Assembly (NCBI GenBank): GCA_965206365.1
Contig: CBDBJL010000004.1
Coordinates: forward strand, 141,144-205,143
DNA: 64,000 nucleotides
Reading direction: 5' to 3'
Source: Alphaproteobacteria bacterium
GTDB lineage: Bacteria > Pseudomonadota > Alphaproteobacteria > JABAAW01 > JAHZMA01
The position numbers and the translations under genes are program-made. The notes below the pieces were generated by a model. The model saw only the letters and a list, made by a program, of their open reading frames with translations. It made no database searches and was not told the origin of the DNA. Positions 1 to 10,800 of the stretch are shown piece after piece; within the stretch, counting starts at the first letter, position 1; each line of letters opens with the position of its first letter.

Positions 1-19
1 AAATCCAGCTTTTAATAAT

Positions 20-697
20 GTGATCAAGGCTGTGCCATCATGTGGTTATCGAACAGATGGTGCTAGTCCTACGGGCCATGGATTAGTCCTGCTAGACGAT
101 GGATCGATCTGGACAGCAGGTTATAACGGCTATGGACAGCTAGGTCATGGTGATACGACCAACCGCACCAGTTTTACCCAAATCACGAGCTCAGAGAGCT
201 TCACCGATATTTTTGCAGGTGATGGGCGCTACCCATCCTCTGGTGGAATCACCGATCAGGGCGAAGTTTATCTTTGGGGCAATAATGGTTACGGCCAGCT
301 GGGTACTGGAAACACGACCAACCAGCTTTCCCCATTCAAACCAAATGGCAGTTTTCAAGGCAATGTATCCCGCGTCCGAATAGGCGGTGGGGCAAGCTAC
401 GAAGGCGTCATCGTTCAATCTGGTGATGAGCTCTGGGCCGCTGGTTATTCCGGTAATGCCAATATCGGCATTAATTCCACCGCAGGCACAAACAACACAT
501 TTCAGCGGGTTCTTGGGCAATCCGGGATTATCGAAGATTGGGATTGCTTTGGGCAAGGCACATCTGCATGGGGGCTTGGCGTTTTGTATGACGATGGTCG
601 TGTTGATGCCTGTGGGGAGAATAATTCCTACGGTGAGACCGGCACGCAAAGCAGCAACCTGCACGATGTCAAAACTCTCAAAAACGTAATTTTCTAG
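20..697 (+). CDS. RCC1-repeat protein (phage tail fibre-like), probably 5'-truncated by the window edge
   Basis: Repeated GYNGYGQLG(H/T)G motifs typical of RCC1 beta-propeller blades; the reading frame stays open back to base 2, so the gene likely starts upstream of the window. Confidence 0.6.
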   Translation: MIKAVPSCGYRTDGASPTGHGLVLLDDGSIWTAGYNGYGQLGHGDTTNRTSFTQITSSESFTDIFAGDGRYPSSGGITDQGEVYLWGNNGYGQLGTGNTTNQLSPFKPNGSFQGNVSRVRIGGGASYEGVIVQSGDELWAAGYSGNANIGINSTAGTNNTFQRVLGQSGIIEDWDCFGQGTSAWGLGVLYDDGRVDACGENNSYGETGTQSSNLHDVKTLKNVIF

Positions 698-706
698 GAG
701 GCTTTT

Positions 707-1159
707 ATGAAACTCAAATCCTATTTGCATGATCGTGCGCCACACTTTGATGAAAGTGAAATCGCGCCCATTCATCTGGCTGATCTGAACGGACGGCATT
801 ATTACGCTTTTGCCGAAGATATCACCCCGCCATCCGGTGGCAAGACTGTCAGCGATGAGGAACTGGATGATGTTCTTTCAAACAGTCAGCTTATTCGCCA
901 GATCAAAGAAGAAGCTGGACGCCGCATCACCCAGATTGCGCCTGTGTGGAAGCAGCAAAATGCATTGGCTGATTTATATCTGCTCGGCGGACGCTCTGAT
1001 CTCACGGACGATGAACAAGCAACGCTGACAAAAGCGCAAGCGTTATTGACAGAGATCTCACGGCTGCGCTCACGATCTGATGCCATCGAAGCTTCTTTCT
1101 TGGAAGGCATGGCCGTCGATTACATCACAGATAAAGCGTGGGAGGATGAAGATGCCTGA
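707..1159 (+). CDS. hypothetical protein in tail module
   Basis: AGGAGG ribosome-binding site 8 nt upstream of the ATG; coiled C-terminus; sits between the fibre-like gene and tail-tip genes. Confidence 0.45.
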   Translation: MKLKSYLHDRAPHFDESEIAPIHLADLNGRHYYAFAEDITPPSGGKTVSDEELDDVLSNSQLIRQIKEEAGRRITQIAPVWKQQNALADLYLLGGRSDLTDDEQATLTKAQALLTEISRLRSRSDAIEASFLEGMAVDYITDKAWEDEDA

Positions 1160-1695
1160 TCCTACCTTGAATGCGGCGATTGCCGAAGCCTATGCTTCTG
1201 CACCCAGTGACATCGTGATTTTAAACACGCTGGAGCTTCGCCATCCTGATTTCACGGATGATGAAGGCCAGCCCATTGCTGTGCGATTGGTGCGGGATCA
1301 TCAAGACTTATCAGCCAAGCTGGAGGATACCGCGCCCTTAAACCCTGACGAATATGTCACCTTTATTGCCATGGGCTTTGATCTGGAGCTGCCGCCTGTC
1401 GATACATCACCAGTGCCGGAAATCACCGTCACTATTGATAATGTCAGTCGTGAGCTGATCAAGCATCTGGATGCCGCTGTTGAGAGCGCAGAAAAAATTG
1501 AGATCACGTATCGCCCGTATTTAAGCAATGATCTGTCCGGACCACAAAATGGACCCGCCGATCACGCTAATCTTGAGCGAAGTCGAAGCCGATGTCAGCC
1601 GCGTTGTTGGCCGCGCCCGCATGCTGGATATTGGCAATAAGAGCTTTCCGTCAGAAACCTACACCGCCACGCGCTTTCCGGGGCTAACCCGCTAA
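1152..1695 (+). CDS. tail-module protein with apparent +1 frameshift near 1555-1562
   Basis: ORF 1080..1640 (best start ATG 1152 after GGAGG) ends in Arg/Cys/Trp-rich junk; the +1 frame (1528..1695) continues with protein-like sequence (...DVSRVVGRARMLDIGNKSFPSETYTATRFPGLTR). Confidence 0.4.
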
Positions 1696-1714
1696 ATAAA
1701 ACAAAGGAAATACT

Positions 1715-2158
1715 ATGAATGAATTGACCCAGCAGCCAGATGGGCTGCACTGGGCGTGTCGCTATATTGGCTTGCCATGGCAGGCTGGTGCGAAAGGCCC
1801 AGATGTTTTTGATTGCTGGAGCCTCGTGGTTTGGGTGCAAAAGCATCATTTTGGCCGAAACCTGCCCGACATTCCTGTCGCTGAGGGGAATTTAAAGCGG
1901 TTGGCTTTGACCTTTCGAGACCACCCTGAGCGCAAACGCTGGCAGCTCACTGATACGCCAGAACAAGGTGATGCGGTGTTGATGCGCCAATCCCGCCATC
2001 CCATCCATGTGGGCATATGGATCATCATCAACCCCAGCGAACAAGGCGTTCTGCACTGTGTGAAGGGCAATGGTGTGGTGTTTCAAAATATGGTCAGCCT
2101 CAAACTCGCAGGCTGGCAAATTGAAGGGTTCTATCGGTTTCAGGGGGATGCCCGCTAA
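1715..2158 (+). CDS. NlpC/P60-family phage cell-wall peptidase (lambda gpK / GTA g13-like)
   Basis: Catalytic Cys in FDCWSLVVW and His in HVGIWI; approx. 147 aa as in the phage NlpC/P60 family; sits immediately upstream of the I/J gene. Confidence 0.65.
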   Translation: MNELTQQPDGLHWACRYIGLPWQAGAKGPDVFDCWSLVVWVQKHHFGRNLPDIPVAEGNLKRLALTFRDHPERKRWQLTDTPEQGDAVLMRQSRHPIHVGIWIIINPSEQGVLHCVKGNGVVFQNMVSLKLAGWQIEGFYRFQGDAR

Positions 2159-2185
2159 ACCAGTTTAATAAATGACGAGGTTCTC

Positions 2186-4456
2186 ATGTTTGCTTGCGTC
2201 CACATGCTTCACAATCCATTTATGCCAGCACGCGGACGCGATATTTTTGCGGTCGATCATCCCATCACCATTCGTGAATGGCTGGATGAAGCGGGCATCA
2301 CAGAATTTGAACGTCCTACCATTTGCCTATTCAATGGCGAAGCGGTGCTTCGAGATCAATGGAACAAGATCACCATTGGTCTGTCTGACATCGTCACCTT
2401 TATCACGCTCCCCCAAGGTGGCGGCGGTGGGGGTGGCAAGATTTTACGATCCGTCCTGACCATTGCTGTCATGGTTGCGGCCCCTTATGCCGGAGCTGCG
2501 CTTGCGGGGGCGATTGGTGTCACCAGCACTGTTGGAGTGGCCTTGGTTACCGCTGGTGTAGCACTGGCCGGAAGTGCGCTGTTGAATGTCTTGGTACCGC
2601 CACCTGTGCCATCAACGAGTTTGAATAGTGGCTTTGGTAATACACCAGCAGCTAGTCCGACATATTCATTGCAGGCACAGGGAAATCAGGCACGCTTAAG
2701 TCAACCCATCCCAGTGGTTTACGGTCGGCACATTGTCTATCCCGACTTGGCCGCAACGCCATATTCGCTCTATCAGAATAACGAGCAATATTTGCATCAG
2801 CTGCACTGCATTGGTCAGGGCGAATACGATCTGGAGCAGATCCGCATTGAGGATACGCCGATCAGCTCCTTTGAAGAGATTGACTATGAAATCGTGCAAC
2901 CCGGAGATGCCGTCACGCTATTTGATACGGATGTCGTCACTGCACCCGAGGTGGCAGGACAGGAATTACTCAGCACAGGTGATGGCGGTGATTGGGTTGG
3001 GCCTTTTGTGGCCAATCCTGCACAAACCAACTGCCACCAGATCAGTGTCGATATTGTCATGCCGCGCGGGGTCTATTACGCCAATGACAGTGGCAGCCTG
3101 AACAACCGAACGATCACATGGAAATTTGAAGCGCGTCAGATCAATGATGACGGCACAGCCATTGGCGCATGGCAAACATTGGGAAGTGAAACCCTAACGG
3201 CAGCCACCAATACGCCACAACGCATGACGTTTGATTATGCGATGGCGACCGGACGCTATGAAGTGCGGGCTCTGAGAACCGATGCCAAAGACACATCTGC
3301 CAGAGCTGGGCATGAGCTTCGCTGGGGCGGCTTGAAAGCTGTCTTGGATCAAACACCCGATTTCGGGGATGTCACGCTCATCGCCATGAAAATGCGAGCA
3401 ACAGATAATTTGTCTCAACGCTCATCACGGATGGTGAACTGCCTTGTCACGCGCAAATTGCCTATATGGGATGAAGCCACCGGATGGTCAGCCCCACAAG
3501 TCACGCGATCTATCGCATGGGCTCTCGCTGATATTGCTCGCAGTCAATATGGCGGCAAACTGGATGATAGCCGGATTGATCTGATGCAGCTCAAGGCGCT
3601 GGATGCCAATTGGCAATCTCGCGGCGATTATTTCGATGCGGTGTTTGATCAAACAGTCACGGTCTGGGAAGCATTGAGCCGAACGGCACGTTGTGGCCGC
3701 GCCGTGAGCTTCATGCAAAGCGGCACTGTTCGCTTTGTCAGAGATGAGCAACGCTTCATCCCTGTGGCCTTGTTCAGTCCTCGTAATATCGTGAAGAACA
3801 GTCTCAAAATCCAGTATTTGCTGGCCAGTGATGACACAGCGGATAGCGTCACAGTGGAGTATTTCTCAAAAGAGACATGGCAAACGGCAGAAGAAACCGT
3901 CAGCCTGCCTGATAGCACCAGCGATCAACCTGCCCGGGTGCGATTGTTTGGCTGCACTGAAAAAGCCCAAGCCATCCGCGAAGGCAAATATATGGCCGCC
4001 GCCAATCGTTATCGCAGGCGCTTGGTGACCTTTCAAACAGAGCTGGAAGGTTTGATCCCTACTTACGGTGATCTGATCGCCATTGCCCATGATATGCCAA
4101 GCTGGGGCCAAGGTGCCGAGGTTATTGAGGTTGATGACAATGTTCTGAGCTTATCTGAGCCATTGGAATGGTCCGAGGAGCTTGGGGATCACTTTATCAG
4201 CCTGCGTAAAGCTGATGGCAGTGTTTCTGGTCCATGGTTTGTTCTACCCGGTGAGACGCCCAATCAGGTGGTTTTACAAGATGAGCTGGATTTTACGCCC
4301 TACACCGGAGAGCTGCAGGAGCGCACGCACATTGCCTTTGGCGCTGGTGAGAAATGGAGCACGCTGGCCCGCGTAACGGCTGTTAGGCCTCGGGGCGAGC
4401 TGGTTGAAATCAGCGCCGTTGCAGAAAACCCGGTTGTACATACCGCCGACCAATAA
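2186..4456 (+). CDS. fused tail assembly protein I (ubiquitin-like, Gly-rich tail) and host-specificity J-like protein
   Basis: N-terminal beta-grasp-like region ending in LPQGGGGGGGK, then a hydrophobic Ala/Gly segment as in lambda gpI; the rest is a long tail-tip J-like body. Confidence 0.55.
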   Translation: MFACVHMLHNPFMPARGRDIFAVDHPITIREWLDEAGITEFERPTICLFNGEAVLRDQWNKITIGLSDIVTFITLPQGGGGGGGKILRSVLTIAVMVAAPYAGAALAGAIGVTSTVGVALVTAGVALAGSALLNVLVPPPVPSTSLNSGFGNTPAASPTYSLQAQGNQARLSQPIPVVYGRHIVYPDLAATPYSLYQNNEQYLHQLHCIGQGEYDLEQIRIEDTPISSFEEIDYEIVQPGDAVTLFDTDVVTAPEVAGQELLSTGDGGDWVGPFVANPAQTNCHQISVDIVMPRGVYYANDSGSLNNRTITWKFEARQINDDGTAIGAWQTLGSETLTAATNTPQRMTFDYAMATGRYEVRALRTDAKDTSARAGHELRWGGLKAVLDQTPDFGDVTLIAMKMRATDNLSQRSSRMVNCLVTRKLPIWDEATGWSAPQVTRSIAWALADIARSQYGGKLDDSRIDLMQLKALDANWQSRGDYFDAVFDQTVTVWEALSRTARCGRAVSFMQSGTVRFVRDEQRFIPVALFSPRNIVKNSLKIQYLLASDDTADSVTVEYFSKETWQTAEETVSLPDSTSDQPARVRLFGCTEKAQAIREGKYMAAANRYRRRLVTFQTELEGLIPTYGDLIAIAHDMPSWGQGAEVIEVDDNVLSLSEPLEWSEELGDHFISLRKADGSVSGPWFVLPGETPNQVVLQDELDFTPYTGELQERTHIAFGAGEKWSTLARVTAVRPRGELVEISAVAENPVVHTADQ

Positions 4457-4480
4457 CCTTTAAAAACAGGAAGAATAATC

Positions 4481-4774
4481 ATGACCGCTGATAGCCATCA
4501 GCGGCAGGACGATATGGTGTGCCTGCCGCGTACAGAATTTGAGTCTCTGCTGGAGCAAGCTGCCTGCCGAGGGGCCAGAAAAGCCCTGAAGGAAGTTGGC
4601 TTGGCAGATGAAGAAGCCGCTCACGACATCCGTGATTTACGTGATCTGGCAGGCTCAATCAAAACCATGCAACGCACCTTTCTGCAAACCATCGTGCGCT
4701 GGATCACCATTGGTCTTCTGGCGCTCTTGGTCGCAGGTGTGGCTGCAAAAATTGGACCCTTCACCCCCAAATAA
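4481..4774 (+). CDS. small protein with C-terminal transmembrane helix
   Basis: GGA SD-like motif upstream; C-terminal hydrophobic helix (ITIGLLALLVAGVAA). Confidence 0.35.
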   Translation: MTADSHQRQDDMVCLPRTEFESLLEQAACRGARKALKEVGLADEEAAHDIRDLRDLAGSIKTMQRTFLQTIVRWITIGLLALLVAGVAAKIGPFTPK

Positions 4775-4788
4775 ATAGGAGAAAAACT

Positions 4789-5247
4789 ATGCTGACATTA
4801 CTTGGAAGCCTGCTGGGCTTTTTATCATCCGCATTCCCGGATTTTTTGAAACTCTGGCGCGATCATGCCGACCGCAAACATGAGCTGGCCATTCTGGATC
4901 GACAAATGGAGGCGCAACGCCAAGGCCACACACAACGCCTTGAAGAAATACATGTGCAGGCCGATGTGGCTGAAAGCAAGGCGCTCTATGCCCATGCCAG
5001 CCAGCCCAGCGGCGTAAAATGGGTGGAAGCGTTGCGGGCATCGGTACGTCCGATTATCACCTATGCATTCTTCATTCTGTTCGCCACCGTCAAAACCGCA
5101 GCGCTGTTCAAGCTACTGGATCAGGGTGTCGGTATTACCGACGGACTGATTGCCGTGTGGGATGGCGAAACGCAGGCATTATTTGCAGCGGTTATGTCCT
5201 TCTGGTTTGGGCAGCGCGCCTTAGCCAAATTCCGCTCAAACCCTTGA
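4789..5247 (+). CDS. membrane protein, holin-like candidate
   Basis: N-terminal transmembrane helix, coiled segment, then two C-terminal transmembrane helices; lies between the tail-tip genes and the endolysin. Confidence 0.35.
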   Translation: MLTLLGSLLGFLSSAFPDFLKLWRDHADRKHELAILDRQMEAQRQGHTQRLEEIHVQADVAESKALYAHASQPSGVKWVEALRASVRPIITYAFFILFATVKTAALFKLLDQGVGITDGLIAVWDGETQALFAAVMSFWFGQRALAKFRSNP

Positions 5248-5334
5248 AAAACATGATCTTATTCACTTGATAAGCGCTCGGAATGAAGCGTTACTGTAAG
5301 TGTAAAAAGCAATTGAAAACAAGGAGATAACACT

Positions 5335-5631
5335 ATGAGCAAACTATTTTACAAGGCCATGATTGAAGACATCCAAAACGAAAAATGCACCGACGCAGAG
5401 CTGGAAGCGCTGCTAAATGCCTTTGAGTACACAGTCAAGAAAATGGCCACCACGCTGGCCCGTAAAGCTTGGTACACGCTGGAAGATTACGCCACTGCCA
5501 AACAATACGGCATCGACCGCTTTACGCTGATGATTGAGCGCAAAGAAGTCCTTGGGCAAGAGCAATGGCATGGTGTTTTTGAATATGGCAGCAAGAACCT
5601 CAAAGTTATAGGAACACTGGAAAAGGATTAA
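5335..5631 (+). CDS. hypothetical protein
   Basis: AGGAGA RBS at 5321-5326; no recognised domain. Confidence 0.4.
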   Translation: MSKLFYKAMIEDIQNEKCTDAELEALLNAFEYTVKKMATTLARKAWYTLEDYATAKQYGIDRFTLMIERKEVLGQEQWHGVFEYGSKNLKVIGTLEKD

Positions 5632-6581
5632 TCCTGCTCTGTATTCATGTCCCAGTCAGACTGACGTATCTCGCCTGTTTGATAAAACTGACGGATTAAC
5701 TTGATATATTGCAAGAAGTCTTTGTTTTCTTCCGTCAACCTGTTCGCCGTATCCCAATCAATTTCGGTGCGTTCCTTGGCAGGAATCATGATTTGGCTTT
5801 CAGATGGGTTTTCAGCGTCCAGTCGAATAAAGCCAATGCCATGAAGGCTGGCAAGCATCCTAAGCTCTTTCAAGGTATCAGCACCTTCGATTTCGCTGGC
5901 AACTAAATAGCCGAAGTTTGCCCATGAAGAGTTGCTTACGGCTTGGAAAAAGACTTCGCGTACGTTTGAGCGATTGATTAATATCTTAACCTCAAACGAC
6001 CATAGTTTAGTTTTCTTATCAGCATATTGCTGCACGCAGTCTTTTATTTCACGGTGCCAATCGCAACTGAGGTCTTCCATGCCGACAAGATCAGGGTAAA
6101 GCCACTTATTACCACCTGCGCCTCTGGAATTGCGGGATCGCTTTTCATCAATTCTTTTGCTGTAAAGCTCAAGCTCTGACCAGAGAAACTCTGACAGGAT
6201 GGGGTAAAGGTCATGTTCTTTTACTACAGATCCGTTCGCTTTTGTGGCGGGTGAAGGCTCATGACTCTCAGCATGGTCAATCTCAGCACTGTCAGTTGAT
6301 TCAGTGAAATAGTACTTTCGAGGGCGGCCTTCTGTGGTTTTAACTTCGGGATGGCGCTTCTGCAGTCGTGGACGTTGTGAACCAATTTCAGCAACGATTT
6401 GCTGCAGCAATGCTGTTTCATTGTCGAGCGGATTAACGGTAGCTGTTGAGCGCTTTTGTTTTTGGCGGCATTCATCTGGATAGGTTTCAAATATCCAATT
6501 GGCAATTTCCCGAGCGGTAAATTTTTGCTCTGGGTTCTGCTGTAAAAATTCAGCGACAGTGTTCGCCAAGTTTAGCGCCAT
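5628..6581 (-). CDS. winged-HTH plus PD-(D/E)xK-like nuclease-fold protein (restriction-endonuclease-like cargo gene)
   Basis: N-terminal wHTH-like segment (FTAREIANWIFETYPDE); central YPDLVG...SFEVKI resembling a PD-(D/E)xK core; antisense to the flanking phage genes. Confidence 0.45.
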   Translation of the reverse strand: MALNLANTVAEFLQQNPEQKFTAREIANWIFETYPDECRQKQKRSTATVNPLDNETALLQQIVAEIGSQRPRLQKRHPEVKTTEGRPRKYYFTESTDSAEIDHAESHEPSPATKANGSVVKEHDLYPILSEFLWSELELYSKRIDEKRSRNSRGAGGNKWLYPDLVGMEDLSCDWHREIKDCVQQYADKKTKLWSFEVKILINRSNVREVFFQAVSNSSWANFGYLVASEIEGADTLKELRMLASLHGIGFIRLDAENPSESQIMIPAKERTEIDWDTANRLTEENKDFLQYIKLIRQFYQTGEIRQSDWDMNTEQD

Positions 6582-6655
6582 TATTCATTCTCTTTCATTT
6601 TCGTACTCACAGATATTACCAAGATTTACCAATTTCACAAGAAAAGAGGAGAAAA

Positions 6656-7102
6656 ATGAGACACATCACACAAAACGGATTGGACCTGATCAAACGGTTC
6701 GAGGGCTTCTCTCGGACCGTTTATTTTTGTCCGGCTGGTTATCCCACCATTGGCTATGGTCACGTTGTCAAAGATGATGAGGACTTTTCATCGGGTATTG
6801 ATGAAGCACAGGCTGAGGAGCTTTTGCGGCAAGATGCTCAGATTGCAGAGCGTGCCGTCCTGCGCCTGATTAACGTCCCGCTGACAGACGGTCAGTTCGA
6901 TGCACTGGTGTCTTTTACCTATAATCTGGGCGGTGGTGCGCTCCAGCGTTCCACACTGCGCCGTAAAATCAACCGCGAGGAACACGCCGAAGTGCCAGAA
7001 CAATTCATGCGCTGGGTCTGGGCTGGTGGCCGTAAGCTCAAAGGGCTGGTTCGACGACGGGCTGCTGAAAGCGATTTATATCAGTATTCCCAGTTTTCAT
7101 GA
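6656..7102 (+). CDS. GH24 lysozyme (phage endolysin)
   Basis: FEGF...TIGYGH signature of T4/P22-type lysozymes; AGGAG RBS. Confidence 0.8.
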   Translation: MRHITQNGLDLIKRFEGFSRTVYFCPAGYPTIGYGHVVKDDEDFSSGIDEAQAEELLRQDAQIAERAVLRLINVPLTDGQFDALVSFTYNLGGGALQRSTLRRKINREEHAEVPEQFMRWVWAGGRKLKGLVRRRAAESDLYQYSQFS

Positions 7103-7809
7103 GCTAAAGGAGATCTGTTCAAATCATCTCTGAAAGTTCTCCATTGGGGCATAATGCGATCCATATGAGCTATAAAGTTATCATTGTGTGTGCGCTCTAG
7201 AAAATGGACCATTTCATAAACGACAATATACTCAAGGCAGTTAATTGGTTTTTTGATAAGCTCCAAGTTAAGCCATATTCTTTTATGGCTGGGGTTACAG
7301 CTACCCCATTTTGTTTTCATCCTTTTAATGCCGAATGAATCCACCTGTAAACCAGACTTAATTTCCCATTTTCGAACAATGCCGGGGAGTATTCTTTTCA
7401 TTTCCTTACGGTACCAATCCGTAAGCAATTTTTCTCGATCCTCGAGTTCGGTGTCTCTATTGATATTTAACACCAGCGTTTTTTTATTTCGGATTTCAAT
7501 AAAGGGACGTTTTTCAGTCTCAGCAATATCTAATAAGTATCTACGGCCAAGATAGTAATGACTTTCCCCAGTAATGAGCTCTCTGGCACTCTGGCGGGGT
7601 TGATCTTCAAAAGATTTTATTTGGCGCTTAATCCACCCGAATTTCGATATGACGGCTAATCTAACAGCCTCATCGTCAACAATTTCTGGAACAGCAATTC
7701 TGACCCATCCATTAGGTGGGTAAACAGCCAAGTGAAGGTTTTTTATTTTCTTTCGGATAACCTTCACAGGCAGTTCATTTACAGTAATTGTGCTTTCATT
7801 AGTACTCAC
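7081..7809 (-). CDS. M48/DUF45-family zinc metallopeptidase (YgjP-like, type I R-M associated)
   Basis: HExxH motif in YEMVHFLERTHN; 242 aa; immediately downstream of hsdR. Confidence 0.75.
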   Translation of the reverse strand: MSTNESTITVNELPVKVIRKKIKNLHLAVYPPNGWVRIAVPEIVDDEAVRLAVISKFGWIKRQIKSFEDQPRQSARELITGESHYYLGRRYLLDIAETEKRPFIEIRNKKTLVLNINRDTELEDREKLLTDWYRKEMKRILPGIVRKWEIKSGLQVDSFGIKRMKTKWGSCNPSHKRIWLNLELIKKPINCLEYIVVYEMVHFLERTHNDNFIAHMDRIMPQWRTFRDDLNRSPLAHENWEY

Positions 7810-10800
7810 TTTGATTTTTCACCAGTTCAAGTATTTGTTTCGCGTCATAGTCAGTAACGCTCAGAACAGAACGAATAGCCAGTTCTATTTCGCGTTCTTT
7901 GAACCTATTTCCACGAAAGCCGTCCTTCTTGGTAGCTCTAACAATTTTATCCACTTCAATGGCAAGATTCTCATCCTTTCCTAAATTGTCGTAGAGTGCT
8001 CTTTTGGCCGCAGAGTTCAAGGATTTTGGATAAGAGCTGTTTGTTTCTGGTCTTGAAACCTTTCCAGACAAATCAATAATCTTTTTCAGATAATCCTTAT
8101 ATTTAAGTGCCTGATCTTTACGCTCTTGAATGAGTGCATCAAGAAGCTCGGACATCTTTTCGTAGTATTTTGGGTTAACAGGCTGTTCATCAATGATGAC
8201 TTTTCGAATGTTATTTTCGATGGTTTCGGCAATAGCTTCCTCGTTGTTACGAATTCCTTCGGGTAGTTCTTTGATTGCATCTTCTCCGCGCTCAACAATA
8301 AGCTGGATAAGGCTGAGATCATCGAAAGCTGATATCTTTTGGCTTTCTTCTGCTCGGATATATGAATCAATCAAATGACGCATTGAAGGCTCGTAGACCT
8401 TCATGTCGATATAATCACCACTGGCCATTTTGACTTCAGTTCGAACAGATTCATAATGCTGCACTTCCGCCTTAATCTCTTCAATTTCTTCAGGCGAGTA
8501 GCCAGCATCAGCCATTTCATTTGCCAGAGCGGCATATGCGCGAATGAATGAACCACTTTCCTTGTACAATGCTAATCTACGCGGTTCGTTGTCCTTCAAA
8601 GCATCTTTGTCAGATGTATCCAGTGCACAGAAATATTGAATATACGCAGCAGTGTCTTTTGGTGTGCCAACATTTTCACAAAGAGCTTTTACGGTTTCGC
8701 GTGTTTCATCCAAGCGTTCTCTGGCTTTGATAAGACGATCTTCAAGTAGGCCAGCAACGTCCTCTTTGTCGTATTTATCAAATGCACCGCAAGTATAGTC
8801 TTGAATAGAGCTTTCCAAGCTGTTGAACAAATCCTTGTAGTCAATAATGTATCCGTATTCTTTATCCTCACCATCCAAGCGGTTTACGCGACAAATAGCT
8901 TGGAAAAGGCCATGATCTTGCATCTTTTTATCGATATAGAGATAGGTGGCAGATGGCGCATCAAATCCCGTTAGCAATTTATCGACTACAATCAGCAGAC
9001 GCATTTGTCCGGGTTCATCTACGAATTTTTCTTTAACTTTCTTCTCGAACTCATCAGCACGATTTACGGCCTGATCAGCAGGCTCGTCAAAGAAGTTAGC
9101 CAGCATTTTACGGTAGATATCATACTGGTGCAGTCTTTCGGTATACCCTGCGCCACTTTCTTCATTTTTAATATCTTGTGGTGATGGTTTGTAGGAGGTC
9201 ACAATCGCGCATTTGCCAGAAAGGTCTGTCTTATCAAAAAGCTCAAAGAATTTGCATGCTTGATAAATACTGCCAGAAACCAGAATTGCGTTACCACGGC
9301 CATCTGCAAGCCGATCCCGCGTTTCCATATCCAGCAAAATATCCGCAACAATATTTTCCAGACGTGATTGAGAGCTGAGAACCTTTTGCATGGTTCCCCA
9401 TTTCTTTTTCAATTGTGCCCGGGCGAAATCATTGAGACCTTTTGTCTTTGCCTCAAACCACAGATCAATTTTGTCCTGAGAGGTAATGTTCTGGTCAATG
9501 TCACGCGCCTCATAGCGCAAGTCGAGTACAACGCCGTCCTTAACGGCCTCATCAAATTTGTATGTATGAATGTAAGGCCCGAAAACTTCGAGGCTGGTTT
9601 GCTTATCATCCTTGAGCAAAGGTGTACCTGTAAAACCGATAAATAAGGCATTCGGCAAGATCTTCTTCATGGCCGTATGTAGCTTGCCGGACTGCGTACG
9701 GTGACATTCATCTACAAACACATAGATGTCACCCTTTGCCTCAAAGTTGGACATCATATTCTTCTGAATTTCAGCCAAGAACTTGTCGACATCTTCATCA
9801 GACAATTCATCATTATCTGAGCCGCCAAATTTATGGACAAGCGAACACATCAGCCACTGATCGGTTCCATTCAGCGTATGAACAAGATCAGAGCCACTGG
9901 TGGTGCGATAAATATCCTCATCGACACCGCGATAAACTTTCTCTATTTGTTCGTCCAGTTCGGTACGATCGGTGATAATTAGAACGCGAGAGTCCTTCAC
10001 GTTCTCACGTATCCATTTTGTGAGCCACACCATGGTCAGGCTTTTGCCCGAACCTTGCGTATGCCAGATGATCCCGCCCTGGCGACGGCGAATATGATCC
10101 TGCGCTTCCTTGATCCCAAAATATTGGTTCTGGCGGCAAGTCTTTTTTACACCTGCATCAAAAACGATGAAGTCATGTATTAGCTCAAGTAAACGATGTT
10201 TCTCGCACATAATTGAGAGGTGCCGATCCAGTTTATAGTCACCAATGCCACCGTCTTCTTTCCATTCCAGATAATACTTCTCGCTGGTCTCAATGGTGCC
10301 GTACCGCAAGCCTTGCGTATCATTTCCAGCCATCACTAATTGCATGGTGGTGAAGAATGGACGGATGAAGTCTTTTCGCTGATTAAGCAGATTCTGGCGA
10401 ATGCCTTCAGTAAGGCCAATGATGGAGCGTTTTAGCTCAACCACACCAATGGCTATACCGTTAAGATACAGCACTACATCCGGACGTTTGGTGTTGTTAC
10501 CTTTGACGGTGACTTCCTCAGCAATTGCAAAATCATTCTTTTCTGGTTCAGTCCAGTTGATAAGCCAAACAGTTTGATTTTGCTCGCCAGCGCCTTCCTT
10601 AACCTTGATGCCATAACGCAGCAGACGGTAAACGTCTTTGTTGGCGTCATAGAGGCTACGCCCATCGCCCAGTGCTGCAGCCTGATCTAACTCATGTAAA
10701 GCACGTTCAATGAGTTTGTCGCTGTAGCCTTGCTTTTGCAGAAATGCCTTTAACAGGCTTGGCTCTATGTTCTTATTCTCGCGGTCCTTCCGATCCCCAA

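Noticed and set aside
147-799. Track ORFs 147..383(+), 191..799(-) and 387..689(+) overlapping the RCC1-repeat gene
   Set aside because: Shadow ORFs in alternative frames or antisense of a gene with clear repeat-domain signal; no independent evidence.
2172-2459. ORF 2172..2459(+) overlapping the start of the I/J fusion gene
   Set aside because: Alternative frame of a gene with strong domain evidence.
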